NCBI RefSeq assembly: GCF_021869535.1
Contig: NW_026262604.1
Coordinates: 22,010,001-22,074,000, forward strand
DNA length: 64,000 nucleotides
From: Mytilus californianus
Taxonomy: Eukaryota
Direction of reading: 5' to 3'
The first letter of the stretch is position 1. Each line of letters starts with the position of its first letter. The translations under genes and the position numbers were made by a program. A model generated the notes under the pieces. It was not told the DNA's origin. It made no database searches and saw nothing but the letters and a program-made list of their open reading frames with translations. Below, in pieces: positions 1-10,329 of this stretch.

Positions 1-304
1 TCAAAGTCTTGGGTGGATTTTAGGGCCAAGGACGTTTACGCTTTTTTACCTATAACACGAAAGATCATTTTCGCTTCAAACAATATGGACATTTGTGCTT
101 TAAACTTTGATACACCTGAACTACATTGACCGGACCTTTTCGCTTTTTACTTATGATAGTTTACCTGTACTCTTAACCAAATTTATCAAAGTTTAGGATA
201 GAGCTTCACACGTTCTTTTAAATTGTCCGTACAAACCAGAGAAATTCCTTTTTATTAGGTAATATCAGAAAATAATATTTAGGTAAACGATAGAGAAAAA
301 CGAA

Positions 305-460
305 ATGTTAATGGATGGAACATTTAAATTTTGCCCTAAATTCTTCAAACAACTTTTTATTTTTGTGACCATTCTATTGCATGGAAAGTCCAGAGATCTG
401 TATCATCATTGTTTATCTACGCTTGTTTCAATACGTGAAGACCAAAATTTTGATGTTTAA
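305..460 (+). mobile_element. Decayed Mutator-like (MULE) transposase fragment
   Basis: Translates as MLMDGTFKFCPKFFKQLF...LLHGKSRDLY. This matches the MULE DDE-domain motif DGTFxxxPxxFxQL and the downstream LLxxKSxxxY motif, with the region between them deleted. Confidence 0.6.
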
Positions 461-1519
461 TGACCTGCTGTTCACAAATGACACAAAAGAAGGAACATGC
501 TTTCGAGGAGAAGGGTTGTTGCAATCAAAATCAAAAGTTTAAAAGGACAGATAACACTAATGCTCAAAGTAAAAGCCAATTTTAATTAAAAATATTCAAA
601 ACAGAAAACAAAAGGATTGAGAAATATGAACCCAAACTAAAATCCGAGAATGAATTAAGGTCAGATGCGAAGCAGACGTCATGTGTAATATTTAAAACTG
701 AAATTGAAAAATATCGCGACTATACATGTACAGCCTCCCTATTGTATAACCTTGCGAACCCAGCATTAATTTGATTTAAATCGACATATGTGCGCGTGAT
801 GCTTTATAAATGATAAATTTAGACTACATGATATCAACTTCCAAACGAAGGTTCGAAGTCATTCCAAGGTCAATGTCTTCTTTAGTCACGTCCGCAAATA
901 TTTATGTTTTTGTATTAAGGGAAAACAAATAAAATGATTTCCTTTGCACAGTTTGTATCTTGGTATTTTTAATATCCTCAAATCTATCATACATAATTGT
1001 TAGTAAATGCCCTGGTTTTATTAGTTGAGTTGACTCTAAACGGCCGGGCATTGTTGATATAACACATGGAGCTTTCAGTACTTAATGAAAATATTGTTAA
1101 AAGAAACAACGTACACAAAGTCTGAAAAATCTGAATTATTCTGATATATATATGCAAGTGAAATAATATGCATTTCCCACTGGACCCATAGCAAGCAACA
1201 ATTAATAAAATTCAGAAAACAAATAAAAAGAACAAAAAAGACACAGTTGAAAATTTAAAGTCTTCGATCATGTAGATATTGATGACAGTAAATTTGTAAA
1301 AATCGTTAAAAGAATTATAAACCAAAAATACTAAATTTCCAACATAACTGGACAACGTTGTCTACATTGAGCATTGTACTTTAATGTTTGTTAATAAAAA
1401 CAGTTTGCATTTGCATGGATGGTGATGCATGCAATGATATATCGGCTTACCCAGTCGACACACCAGGTCGACGCTCATTTAAAGTTCATCAATTCCGTCT
1501 GTTTTTGTTTGTTACCTTG

Positions 1520-1862
1520 AATAGACTATTTTCATATTACCGACTTTTGACTCCAGATTATATAATTTGTCGACTGGTTACCTTGGACATCATGGTACCA
1601 AGTCAGGTAAGAGCAAGCTAAAGAAGTAAAACCAAGCGTTCAATCGGTACAATTTTGGGGGAAAATTACCTGCTTAACATTTTTTTTTCACTACAAAATC
1701 ATCGGAAAACAATAAACTTTCCCCTCAAATTACACCGATTATATGTTTGTTTTTACTTATTTTGGTTGCTCTTACTTGACCGAGTACCATGATGTCCAAG
1801 GTAACCAGTCGATAAATTATATAATCCGGAGTCAAAAGTCGGTAATATGAAAATAGTCTATT
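1520..1862. mobile_element. Foldback/MITE-like element with ~98-bp inverted repeats
   Basis: 1520-1617 is the reverse complement of ~1765-1862 with about 6 mismatches. A second, inner inverted repeat is present (AATCGGTACAATTTTGGGGGAAAA / TTTCCCCTCAAATTACACCGATT). Absent from the paralogous blocks. Confidence 0.75.
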
Positions 1863-2355
1863 GTTATTCTACTGTTGTGCAACCCTGCAAAACGATCAGC
1901 TTTGGGATGTTAAGTGCATATTACGCTTACATTTTAATTATATATTGTTCTAGATCTTATAGTCGAAAGTGCGTATAGTTTATCGATTTTCTGAACTCGA
2001 TTTTCTGAACTCGAATTTGAAATGTAAACATGAAAAAAATATTCATCTCATTTACATCTTTAGGCTATCATAAATATTTATCCTATATCATTCGTTGTTA
2101 AGACTTTGACTACTTGGTATTTCTAACGATATTTTAATAAAAGTAAAATGAGGAAACAACCTACCTGCTTACATATTTTTTTTAAAAATAGATTTGGACC
2201 AATTGAAATCATGCAGTTCTTAACGATATTTAAAATAAAGTCAGTTATCGTCAACCGAGGAAACAATCAGTCTGTATACATATTATATAATAACATATTT
2301 TTTATAAAGCTTAAGATTGTAACCAAATATAAAAGACAACAAGTGGGTCATCATC

Positions 2356-2417
2356 CTTTCAAGTCACGTTCGCAAGTAGTAAATTTGTATGAATGAAACG
2401 TGAAACTAATCAAAGCG
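2356..2417. promoter_or_regulatory. Conserved non-coding motif pair (GTCACGT box plus IRF/ISRE-like element), copy 1
   Basis: CTTTCAAGTCACGTTCGCAA followed by GAATGAAACGTGAAACTAATCAAAGCG. The 20-mer is identical in four paralogous blocks. Function is inferred only. Confidence 0.45.
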
Positions 2418-3337
2418 TTCATTATAAATTAATATCCATTTTTTTTATTTCCTTACGCATATACAACGTCTTAAATTAAGTAATTTGAACTTGAGTTAGA
2501 ATTAAGCTTTAGCAATGTCAACGTAACGCAACGAAAGTGGTGGTTTTGAGTTTATGACGTTTAAGCTTTATGGACAGCTCTATCGTTGATTTAAATTTGA
2601 TAAGACTAAAGATGCAAAACTGAGAATCAAAATTCATAAGTCATAGAGAAACCGCCAAATGGCATAAAACGAGAAACGACGAAAAGACACACATCAGTCG
2701 ACAAAACATTACATAAAATGAATGACTGAGCAACACGAACAGGGGTGATATAAGGTGATCAAGAATGGTAAGCATATCCTGCTCAATATATGGCACCAGT
2801 CGTATTGCTCATTGTAATTTATCAAGTTTGCTGCTTAGTTTCATTCTGTGATGTCATCAAAGAAGGAGAAAGCTATCTAAAACGATACAAGTTGTCCAGA
2901 AAGCTTTAGTCATAAGAATCCAGAGTAACGAAATGGTAGTCCAGACTACTTTAGAATGCAACTGTCAAGACGTAGAACGGCAATACAAGTAATTTTTCTT
3001 TGGTGTATTATATTGTATTTCATTGGATTGTTATGTCGTACATTTACTCTATATCATTACTCGTAACGGTAAAAACCACTAAAGGAACGGAGTTATTCAT
3101 TTTCAATATGAACAATGACAGTTTCTGTCGTATTTATTAAATCTAAACACATATATACAATATATATGCAATGTTTCAACATTTTCGTTCAACTTCCAGG
3201 CTCCCCCTATATATATGCACTTATTTGAAAATAGCTAGGGTTTATATTATATTGACAACATTGTGTGTAAGGCAATCTTGAATCGTAAAATTTCTAGTAA
3301 AATCATATGTTTAAATCATTTGTAAAAGATTTTTTTT

Positions 3338-4262
3338 TTAATCAAACATTGTCGTCAATAAAAGCTTAATAAATGTTAACTTAACTATCTCTGCAATAAC
3401 AACTATCCCGGAAGTAATAGAAGTGACTAAGAATTTATTACTATTTTGTTTGAAACTTATAACCCATTGGTCTACTGTTCCAATGACTTCACTTGGAATT
3501 ATTCTAATAAGTTCTCCAGATTGTGAAATTTGATGTATGTTGTTTGAACCTCTTGAACAAACGTAGATATCCACGAGAATCAACATCAATTCCTCTCGGC
3601 TTTGACAACTTTTGGTTTTTGTAAGTAAAATTAATTGAATCCTCTGCAAAATACGACATACTTTCCGATCCGTCTACAAAAGCATATTTGTTGCTTTCAA
3701 ATGCATAAATATGATTTAAGTTTTTCCGCTTTTGTTTGTTTATTTAATTTTATCACCGTTTATTACATTTAATCAAACAATATTACTGTTACAAGGAGCA
3801 ATAAATTAGATATTGTACACCATAAACTGGAAATAAAAGTTTGATTTGTCTTTCGATGATCATTGTATGTATATTTACCAAAATAATTTGATTATTTCCT
3901 CGACATGAAACCGCTGACGTTATGTCACAAAATTTTGATACCATAAGGCCAACTATCAAACTCAAGATTGCACTGCAATAATCCATCTTTAGGAGTTTTT
4001 TTTCTTTTATCGTTAGTTATCAAAATATATTCTTTAGTAAACATTCTACTCACTGAACTTTTACAGTTATCTCCTGCGCCAAGATTTAAGAGTTTGTAAA
4101 CTTTCCCAGTATCAAAATCGGGTTTATTCGAATCGGAACTGAATCAGCTGAAAAAGGCCATGACGACTCCGACTGAATTTTTTGCTTTTTCTTGAACATT
4201 TTCTTCGACATTATTTCGTTCAAAATCGAATATACTATCATCGTTGTTTGTTATTGCATCGT
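3338..4262 (-). pseudogene. TRIM pseudogene fragment (linker and beta-propeller only)
   Basis: Homologous to the 3' half of 4791-6905 (FDTGKVYKL...GAGDN; VCSRGSNNIHQISQSGELIRII...FKQNSNKFLVTS). It has frameshifts and stops, and no RING or B-box part. Confidence 0.85.
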
Positions 4263-4790
4263 TTGAAGAAACACATAGTGACTCTTTGTGGGATAAAGAG
4301 TAGTAAAAAAGTCACCAATTCATACTGTCTTCAATCTGTACAATAAATATCTCGTTATATAATGGTTGCTTCTAATGAGAGTATCAGAGCCGCATTTTTG
4401 TAACTATTTATTCGTTAATGGTCTCACGATGCATCTTGAATAATGAAAAGCTCACAAACGGCAAATAAAAAACACCAAAGGGTAGTTCGTTAGAGGTCGT
4501 TTAAATAATCTCCTGTTGGTCTCCTGGTTTTAAAGAATGATTTTGTTAGTTTTTTTCCCACATCAGCTAGACAACTTGACACACTATTAAGCTATACGGC
4601 TATTTTTGAAGGAAGTATTTTGATCTTTAGATGTCTTTTTGTTAGTTAGATCATATTGTCTGGTTCACGTAAAGACATATCTCTTTTTATTCATATAATA
4701 CAAGATAAAACCAATCGCACAATTATTTACCAAGATGGTGTCGAAAATGATAAGGATAGCAACGAGGATGATGATGGATTCATGATAAAA

Positions 4791-6905
4791 TTATATAATT
4801 TCAGCAACAACAACTTTCCCGGATGAGAGTGAAGTTACCAAGAATTTATTGCTGTTTTGTTTGAACCTTATAAACCATGGCGCCACTGTCCCTAGGTCTT
4901 CACATGGGATTTTTCTCATCAGTTCCCCTGAAGTTGAAATTTGATGTATATTGTTTGAACCATAAAAACAAACATAAAGGTTTCCACGGAAATCTACATC
5001 AATACCTCTTGGAAAATACAACTTTTGGCTTTTGTAAGTAAATCTAATTGATCCATTTTCTGAGCAAGACACACATTTCGATCCGTCGGCATAGACATAG
5101 CTGTTGCTTTCATATGCACAAATATAATAAGTTTGACCACTTGTTTTTGTTTTCTTTATTTTCACACCGCTTGTTGCATTTGACCAAACAATACTGTTTT
5201 CACATGCCATAATGAATTGGTCATTTACATCTAAATATCGCAAACCACAAACATCATGTGAAAGCTGAATTTTTCGTTTCATGGTCATTGTGTGTATATC
5301 CATCAAACGTATTTCTTTTGAATTTGGAAATGACACTGCTATATCATCATCTCGAAATTTCGTGATATCATACGGTTCACTGTTCAACTGAACATCGCAG
5401 AGAAATGTACCAGTATGATTAAACTTCAGGATTTTTTTCGTGTTGGTATTACTTAAGAGAATTGATTCTTTGATAAATATTCCACTCACTGCAAGACCAT
5501 TGTTATCTCCTGCCTTCAGAGTAAATAGCGATTTCACCTTCCCAGTACGAAATTTAACTTCCTTTGGTTTTGAATAAGAGTTTGTAAAAGAAGTACAATG
5601 CAACTTCGACTGAGTATTCTGTTTTGGATTGAAAGGTTTAATCTTACCGAAATATTGTATGTTTAAATTTTCCACGTCAAGGTCTCGTTGAAAATAAGTT
5701 GAACATCCACTAACGTCTGGAATTGTATCTATTAAAGAACCATGCATCGACTTCGACTGGACACTTTCTTTTGAATTAACAATTCTAACTTCACCAAGAG
5801 TTCTAACGTGTTCTTGAAACTTTTCAAGTCCGCTGTTCTTTTTGAAAATCAATGACCTTTTATCAATGTTTGATGTGGTATTTTTTATTTCAGATTCAAT
5901 TTTTTCTTTCTTTGGAACTAGCTTGTTGAACTCAATCAAACATTGAATCTCTGATCCATCATTGACACTTGTACTCAAAATATTGTACCAGTTATCAACG
6001 GTAGACTTTAAGCTGGACATTTCAATCATCCTGTCAGTAAGTTCTGTAACTATGCCCTTCTTTTTGCTGAACAACTCCTCTTTTGCAGCTTTTTCCACTT
6101 TGTTGACGTGTTCGATTAGATCTCTCTTCAAATTTTCAATTTCTGAAAAAATGTCTTCCCCCATAATTTCAACGGCACACACATATTTCTGTGTGTCTTG
6201 AATCGATTTATCAAGCAAAGTTTTCCACTGCATCATCACCTCCAAAAATTCAGTCGTCTGCTTTGCTTCTTTAATACCAGCTGCCGCTTCTCCTAATTCT
6301 ACCACCTTTTCACATTTGCGATGTTTGACGGTTGCGCATACAGTGCAACAATGTATACCATGATCTACACAAAAAATCTCGACAAATTTATTTGAATGGA
6401 CATCACATGTAATCAACCCGGAAAAGGATGCAGTCGTGTCTCTTTGTGTCTCTTGTAATGTTAGAATTTTATGGTTTGCGGACACTTTAAACTTACGGTG
6501 ACAGTTCTCACACATAGAACAAAGTGCCTCCTGACAGACAGTACACCATGACACTGCGTTCTGATTTACATTGCTCAATTCGCATGCGTTGGATAATTTT
6601 TCTAGTTTTTGTATCGCTTGTCGATCAATCATCGATATAATTAAATGATTGGTTGAAAGCTCATCTACCCAACATTCAAGATTGATAGAACGTTCTCCAA
6701 CTGACACCAGACTTCGACAAACAGGACATTTGAAACTTATAATGTTTTCCTTATCAACAGATGACTGAATGTATGTATGAATACATACCTTACAGAACGT
6801 ATGTAGACATGGTAAACATTTTGGAGTTTTGAACGTCTCTAGACATATACTGCAAGTCAACAGTTCATCTTCTTCATTAATCACATTTAAATACCCAGTC
6901 GCCAT
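4791..6905 (-). CDS. TRIM-family E3 ubiquitin ligase: RING, B-box1, B-box2, coiled coil, NHL-like beta-propeller; 704 aa in one coding exon
   Basis: C3HC4 RING (CSICLETF...CLPCLHTFCKVC...CPVCR); B-box1 (SNAC...CTVC...LCSMCENCH...H); B-box2 (CDVH...FCVDH...CCTVCATVKHRKC); heptad-rich middle region; C-terminal repeats such as PRGIDVDFRGNLYV. The ORF is open from ATG to TAA. Confidence 0.95.
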   Translation of the reverse strand: MATGYLNVINEEDELLTCSICLETFKTPKCLPCLHTFCKVCIHTYIQSSVDKENIISFKCPVCRSLVSVGERSINLECWVDELSTNHLIISMIDRQAIQKLEKLSNACELSNVNQNAVSWCTVCQEALCSMCENCHRKFKVSANHKILTLQETQRDTTASFSGLITCDVHSNKFVEIFCVDHGIHCCTVCATVKHRKCEKVVELGEAAAGIKEAKQTTEFLEVMMQWKTLLDKSIQDTQKYVCAVEIMGEDIFSEIENLKRDLIEHVNKVEKAAKEELFSKKKGIVTELTDRMIEMSSLKSTVDNWYNILSTSVNDGSEIQCLIEFNKLVPKKEKIESEIKNTTSNIDKRSLIFKKNSGLEKFQEHVRTLGEVRIVNSKESVQSKSMHGSLIDTIPDVSGCSTYFQRDLDVENLNIQYFGKIKPFNPKQNTQSKLHCTSFTNSYSKPKEVKFRTGKVKSLFTLKAGDNNGLAVSGIFIKESILLSNTNTKKILKFNHTGTFLCDVQLNSEPYDITKFRDDDIAVSFPNSKEIRLMDIHTMTMKRKIQLSHDVCGLRYLDVNDQFIMACENSIVWSNATSGVKIKKTKTSGQTYYICAYESNSYVYADGSKCVSCSENGSIRFTYKSQKLYFPRGIDVDFRGNLYVCFYGSNNIHQISTSGELMRKIPCEDLGTVAPWFIRFKQNSNKFLVTSLSSGKVVVAEII

Positions 6906-8260
6906 TTTGTCACATTTAAACTTCCTGGATGAATGATATACCTAGTTATATATATATGTGTCATATTAATATATCATGTGTGTGTCAAATTATTTTAAAC
7001 TTTTCAATTCTGGTAACGTGATCTTATCTAATTTTTATTCGCATCGCTCCTTTTTTCGGCTTATTCTTTATATTATTTTCGAAAACTCCCAATCAAGCAA
7101 TGAATAAATGCAAAATTAGGCATAACTCTGAATATAAAGATTGAATATAAGAAATAATCAAATCAAAGAGGTTTTCATTATGCGGGTAGAAATGATGTAT
7201 CCCAAGCCATATGACTATTGACCACCGGCGCTAGGGTACAGGATTTCGATATTGTTTTTCATTGTTTCCACTGGATATTAAATATCCTATATTTATATCA
7301 CATACTTATCACAACTATAATTGTCTGACCTTGTGTTGGGATTTGTACAATGAACATAAACCTAACATGAACAACAAATAGTTTTACTCTACTTGACTAT
7401 AACGGTGCCCAACAAGCGATTAGACGAATGACGAAAAAATTATTGACGATTGACGTTAAAACCTTTTGATAGAACTAGACCTTATGCAAAGTTTTCTCTT
7501 TCTCGTATCAGTAATACAATAACATGTATTTGATTATAAAGGATGTTCGATGCTCTGTTTCAAAATAACAAGTTTTTTAAAAGACCGTTTTAAATCAATG
7601 TAGGTATATAACAGAATTTGATTGAAAGGTTCGTCTCAAGAAAAGAAAATGTAAAACATTTTGGATGATTTGTCATCTGGGTTATGATCTGGTATATATT
7701 ATAACAAAATTATTATGCGACAAATTCGCGGGTAGAACACATTATTTTTCCAAGAATATCGATTAAAAATGGGAAACATGTAAAATGGTAATATAACTAC
7801 GAGGAGGAGAGTCGTAGTGAACTGACTTAATAATTGGATCAATATCTCTAATTCGCCTCAAATTGAGGAACACAACTATAAATAGAAATGAAAAAAGCCT
7901 CCATGCAATGATAAAAAAATATGATGCTATTTTTAATAATTGACGGAGCTTAACCATTTATGCGTTTTAAATAGATAAAATTCAGTATAATAAAGATGTA
8001 AAAAGTTTGAAGCTATTTTAATGTTTTTAAAGAACTGAATTTCAAAAGATTTTAACTGTGTCAAAATAGGGTCTTTTAACATACTAAATCCGCATCACAG
8101 GGACTTTTGGGGTTTCCCAATTTGTAAAAACAAATTTCACTTCGTTCACCGAAAAATTCAACAACATTTGTGAAAATCTCTCAGGGTCGAAACGAGCCAT
8201 CATACATTGTTCATATCCAAGTTTACGATATTGACAGCGGAAAGAAAGAAAAGGCTATCA
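6906..8260. repeat. Proximal 5' flank of the TRIM duplication unit
   Basis: Similar to 15410-15720 plus 16500-16800, and to 29480-29940 plus 32335-33000. Shared anchors include TTTTCGAAAACTC and GAGGAGAGTCGTAGT-like text. Confidence 0.7.
7541..7650. mobile_element. Remnant of the TTAA-flanked GGATGTTCGC MITE
   Basis: GGATGTTCGATGCTCTGTTTCAAAATAACAAG matches the left end of the full copies at 24921 and 60322. An orthologous remnant sits at ~32520 in the paralogous unit. Confidence 0.55.
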
Positions 8261-8296
8261 TTGTCGCCAACCTAAAATTAATTGCCCATACATGGA

Positions 8297-10108
8297 TTAT
8301 GCCAGGCATCGGGTTAAACGCGAGAAAGAAGACGTAGTTACTCTTTCCGAATGGATTAAGGCTGTGAGGTCGTTGCTACAAATCCGAATTAAGAAACTGA
8401 ATGGGTCTAATAACAATGCTACATCAATCTTTAAAGACCCAAATGTTGTAAAACCTCCATGACAAATATGTTGTTGTCCCCGCAGATAAAGCCCCAAACA
8501 ACATTGTTTTTGTGTGTAAATTACATTACATAAACTGCTTGATAAAGGAATTATGTATTGACAATTCACTTGGAAACTCAACATATACCCTCACGACACT
8601 TACTAAAGAGGAAATCCTGGATAATCATAGGTCTGTTCTATGCTCCTTTGGAATTTCAACCAAAGATGAAGAACTGGATCTTCCATCACTGTATTGGATA
8701 ACTAAACTACATAAGTGTCCTTACAAACAACGGTTTATTGGACTTCCAAGTGCTCCACGAAACCTCTTTCTAAATTATTAACATCAATTTTATCAGAAAT
8801 CAAAACAGGGCTTCAAATTTATTGTGAAGCTACCTATTCTAGAGGTGGCGTGAATCAGATGTGGATACTAAAAAATTCCAAAGATCTTTTAGAGTACATA
8901 CAATCTAAGACTCTTTCATCTTGCAATAGTATTAAAACATTTGATTTTTCTACACTTTACACAAGTATTCCCCATTCCAAACTAAAAGACAATTTGAAAG
9001 AGTTGATCCTGCTTTGCTCCATATAAAAGAATGGCCGAATTAGATACAAGTATCTTGTCTTAGGGAGGGATAAATTCTACATTTAAAAAAATTATTCTGA
9101 TTCAAACAAAACATTTAAGAAAAAACTGACATGATGCTTGATTTTTTGATTGACAACTTATTTGTTACGTTTGGAGGACGTGTTTTTCAACAAACAATCG
9201 GTATTCCCATGGGAACCAACTGTGCCCCCTCTTCATGCCGACTTGTTCTTTATTCATATGAGGCTGACTTCATACAGGAACTCCGTAGGAAGTAAGAAAA
9301 GAAGTTAGCAATATCCTTTAACTTTACTTTCCGCTAGATAGATGATGTTCTATCACTAAATAATTCAAAATTTGGTGACTATGTTGAACGCATCTATCCC
9401 ATCGAACTTGAGATAAAGGATACAACAGATACAGTTAAGTCTGCCTCATATCTTGACTTACATCTAGATATTGACAATCAGGGTCGGTTGAAAACAAAAC
9501 TTTACGACAAAAGAGATGATTTCAGCTTCCCAATTGTGAACTTTCCATTTCGCATGTAGCAACATTCCTGCAGCGCCTGCATACGGAGTATATATCTCCC
9601 AGTTGATACGATATGCCAGGGCTTGTATTTCCTATCATGAATTCCTTGATAGAGGATTCTGCTCACAAGGAAGCTATTAATCCAAGAGTTCCAAGTGGTG
9701 AAGTTGGAATCATCCCTTCGTTATTTTTACGGACGCCATCACGAGCTGGTTGTCCGTTATGGAATATCCGTTTCACAGATGATAGCGGGTATGTTCCTAA
9801 TGTCGTAACTTCAATCCCGTCCCCTTTTTCCCGAATGTGACCTACCGAATTAGACTTATTACCGGGTTTGTACTAACATGAGCAACACGACGGGTGCCAC
9901 ATGTGGAGCAGGATCTGCTTACCCTTCCGAAGCACCTGAGATTACCCCCAATTTTTGTTGGGGTTCGTGTTGCTCAGTCTTTTGTTTTCTATGTTATGTT
10001 TTGTGTACTATTGTTTGTCTGTTTGTCTTTTTCTCTTTTAGCCATGGCGTTGTCAGTTTATTTTCTTGTGAGTTTGAATGTCTCTTTGGTATTTTACGCC
10101 TCTCTTTT
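8297..10108 (+). mobile_element. 5'-truncated, inactivated Penelope-like retroelement (RT with no C-terminal GIY-YIG; Naiad-like)
   Basis: Across frameshifts it reads VVVPADKAPNNIVFVCK, LPSLYWITKLHKCPYKQRFI, IKTFDFSTLYTSIPHSKLK, GIPMGTNCAP, FR*IDDVL (YIDD with Tyr changed to TAG), YLDLHLDIDNQGRLKTKLYDKRDDFSFPIVNFP and AYGVYISQLIRYAR. A non-coding 3' tail follows. Confidence 0.9.
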
Positions 10109-10329
10109 TTGACACATCTCAATGTATGTAAAATAAAATATATTTGTGCAATGCCAAAATATGAGTATCGACAGAATGCAGGACCGAAAAGGTAAATAGC
10201 TGTTTTGCAAAAACATTAAGTTATGTTCCAATTTATTGATAACAAAATCAAAAGTTTGTACCAATAAAAAACAATATTCAAAGATCTTATTACAGTGTTA
10301 AATTTATTAGTACACCTTTATTCAAAGGA

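Larger units (their letters stand above)
440..2620. repeat. Segmental-duplication block (TRIM upstream module); its TRIM gene probably lies left of the window
   Basis: Colinear similarity to ~16600-18760, ~24000-24760 and ~32830-34300. Shared anchors include TAGTCACGTCCGCAAATA (three copies), GCATGTGAAATAAGATG-like text and CTTTCAAGTCACGTTCGCAA. Confidence 0.8.

Noticed and set aside
5962-6201. Antisense ORFs inside the TRIM genes (also 14295, 14756 and 28731)
   Set aside because: They are shadows of the coding strand, with no independent motifs and no conserved starts or stops among paralogues.
9300-9345. Possible stop-codon recoding in the Penelope RT
   Set aside because: The stops are TAA and TAG, including one in the YIDD motif, alongside several frameshifts. 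This is ordinary decay, not selenocysteine or readthrough.
9613-10195. Hydrophobic ORFs at the end of the Penelope-like element
   Set aside because: They are translations of the T-rich non-coding repeat tail; similar spurious TM-like ORFs occur at 37514, 38665, 47610 and 63220.
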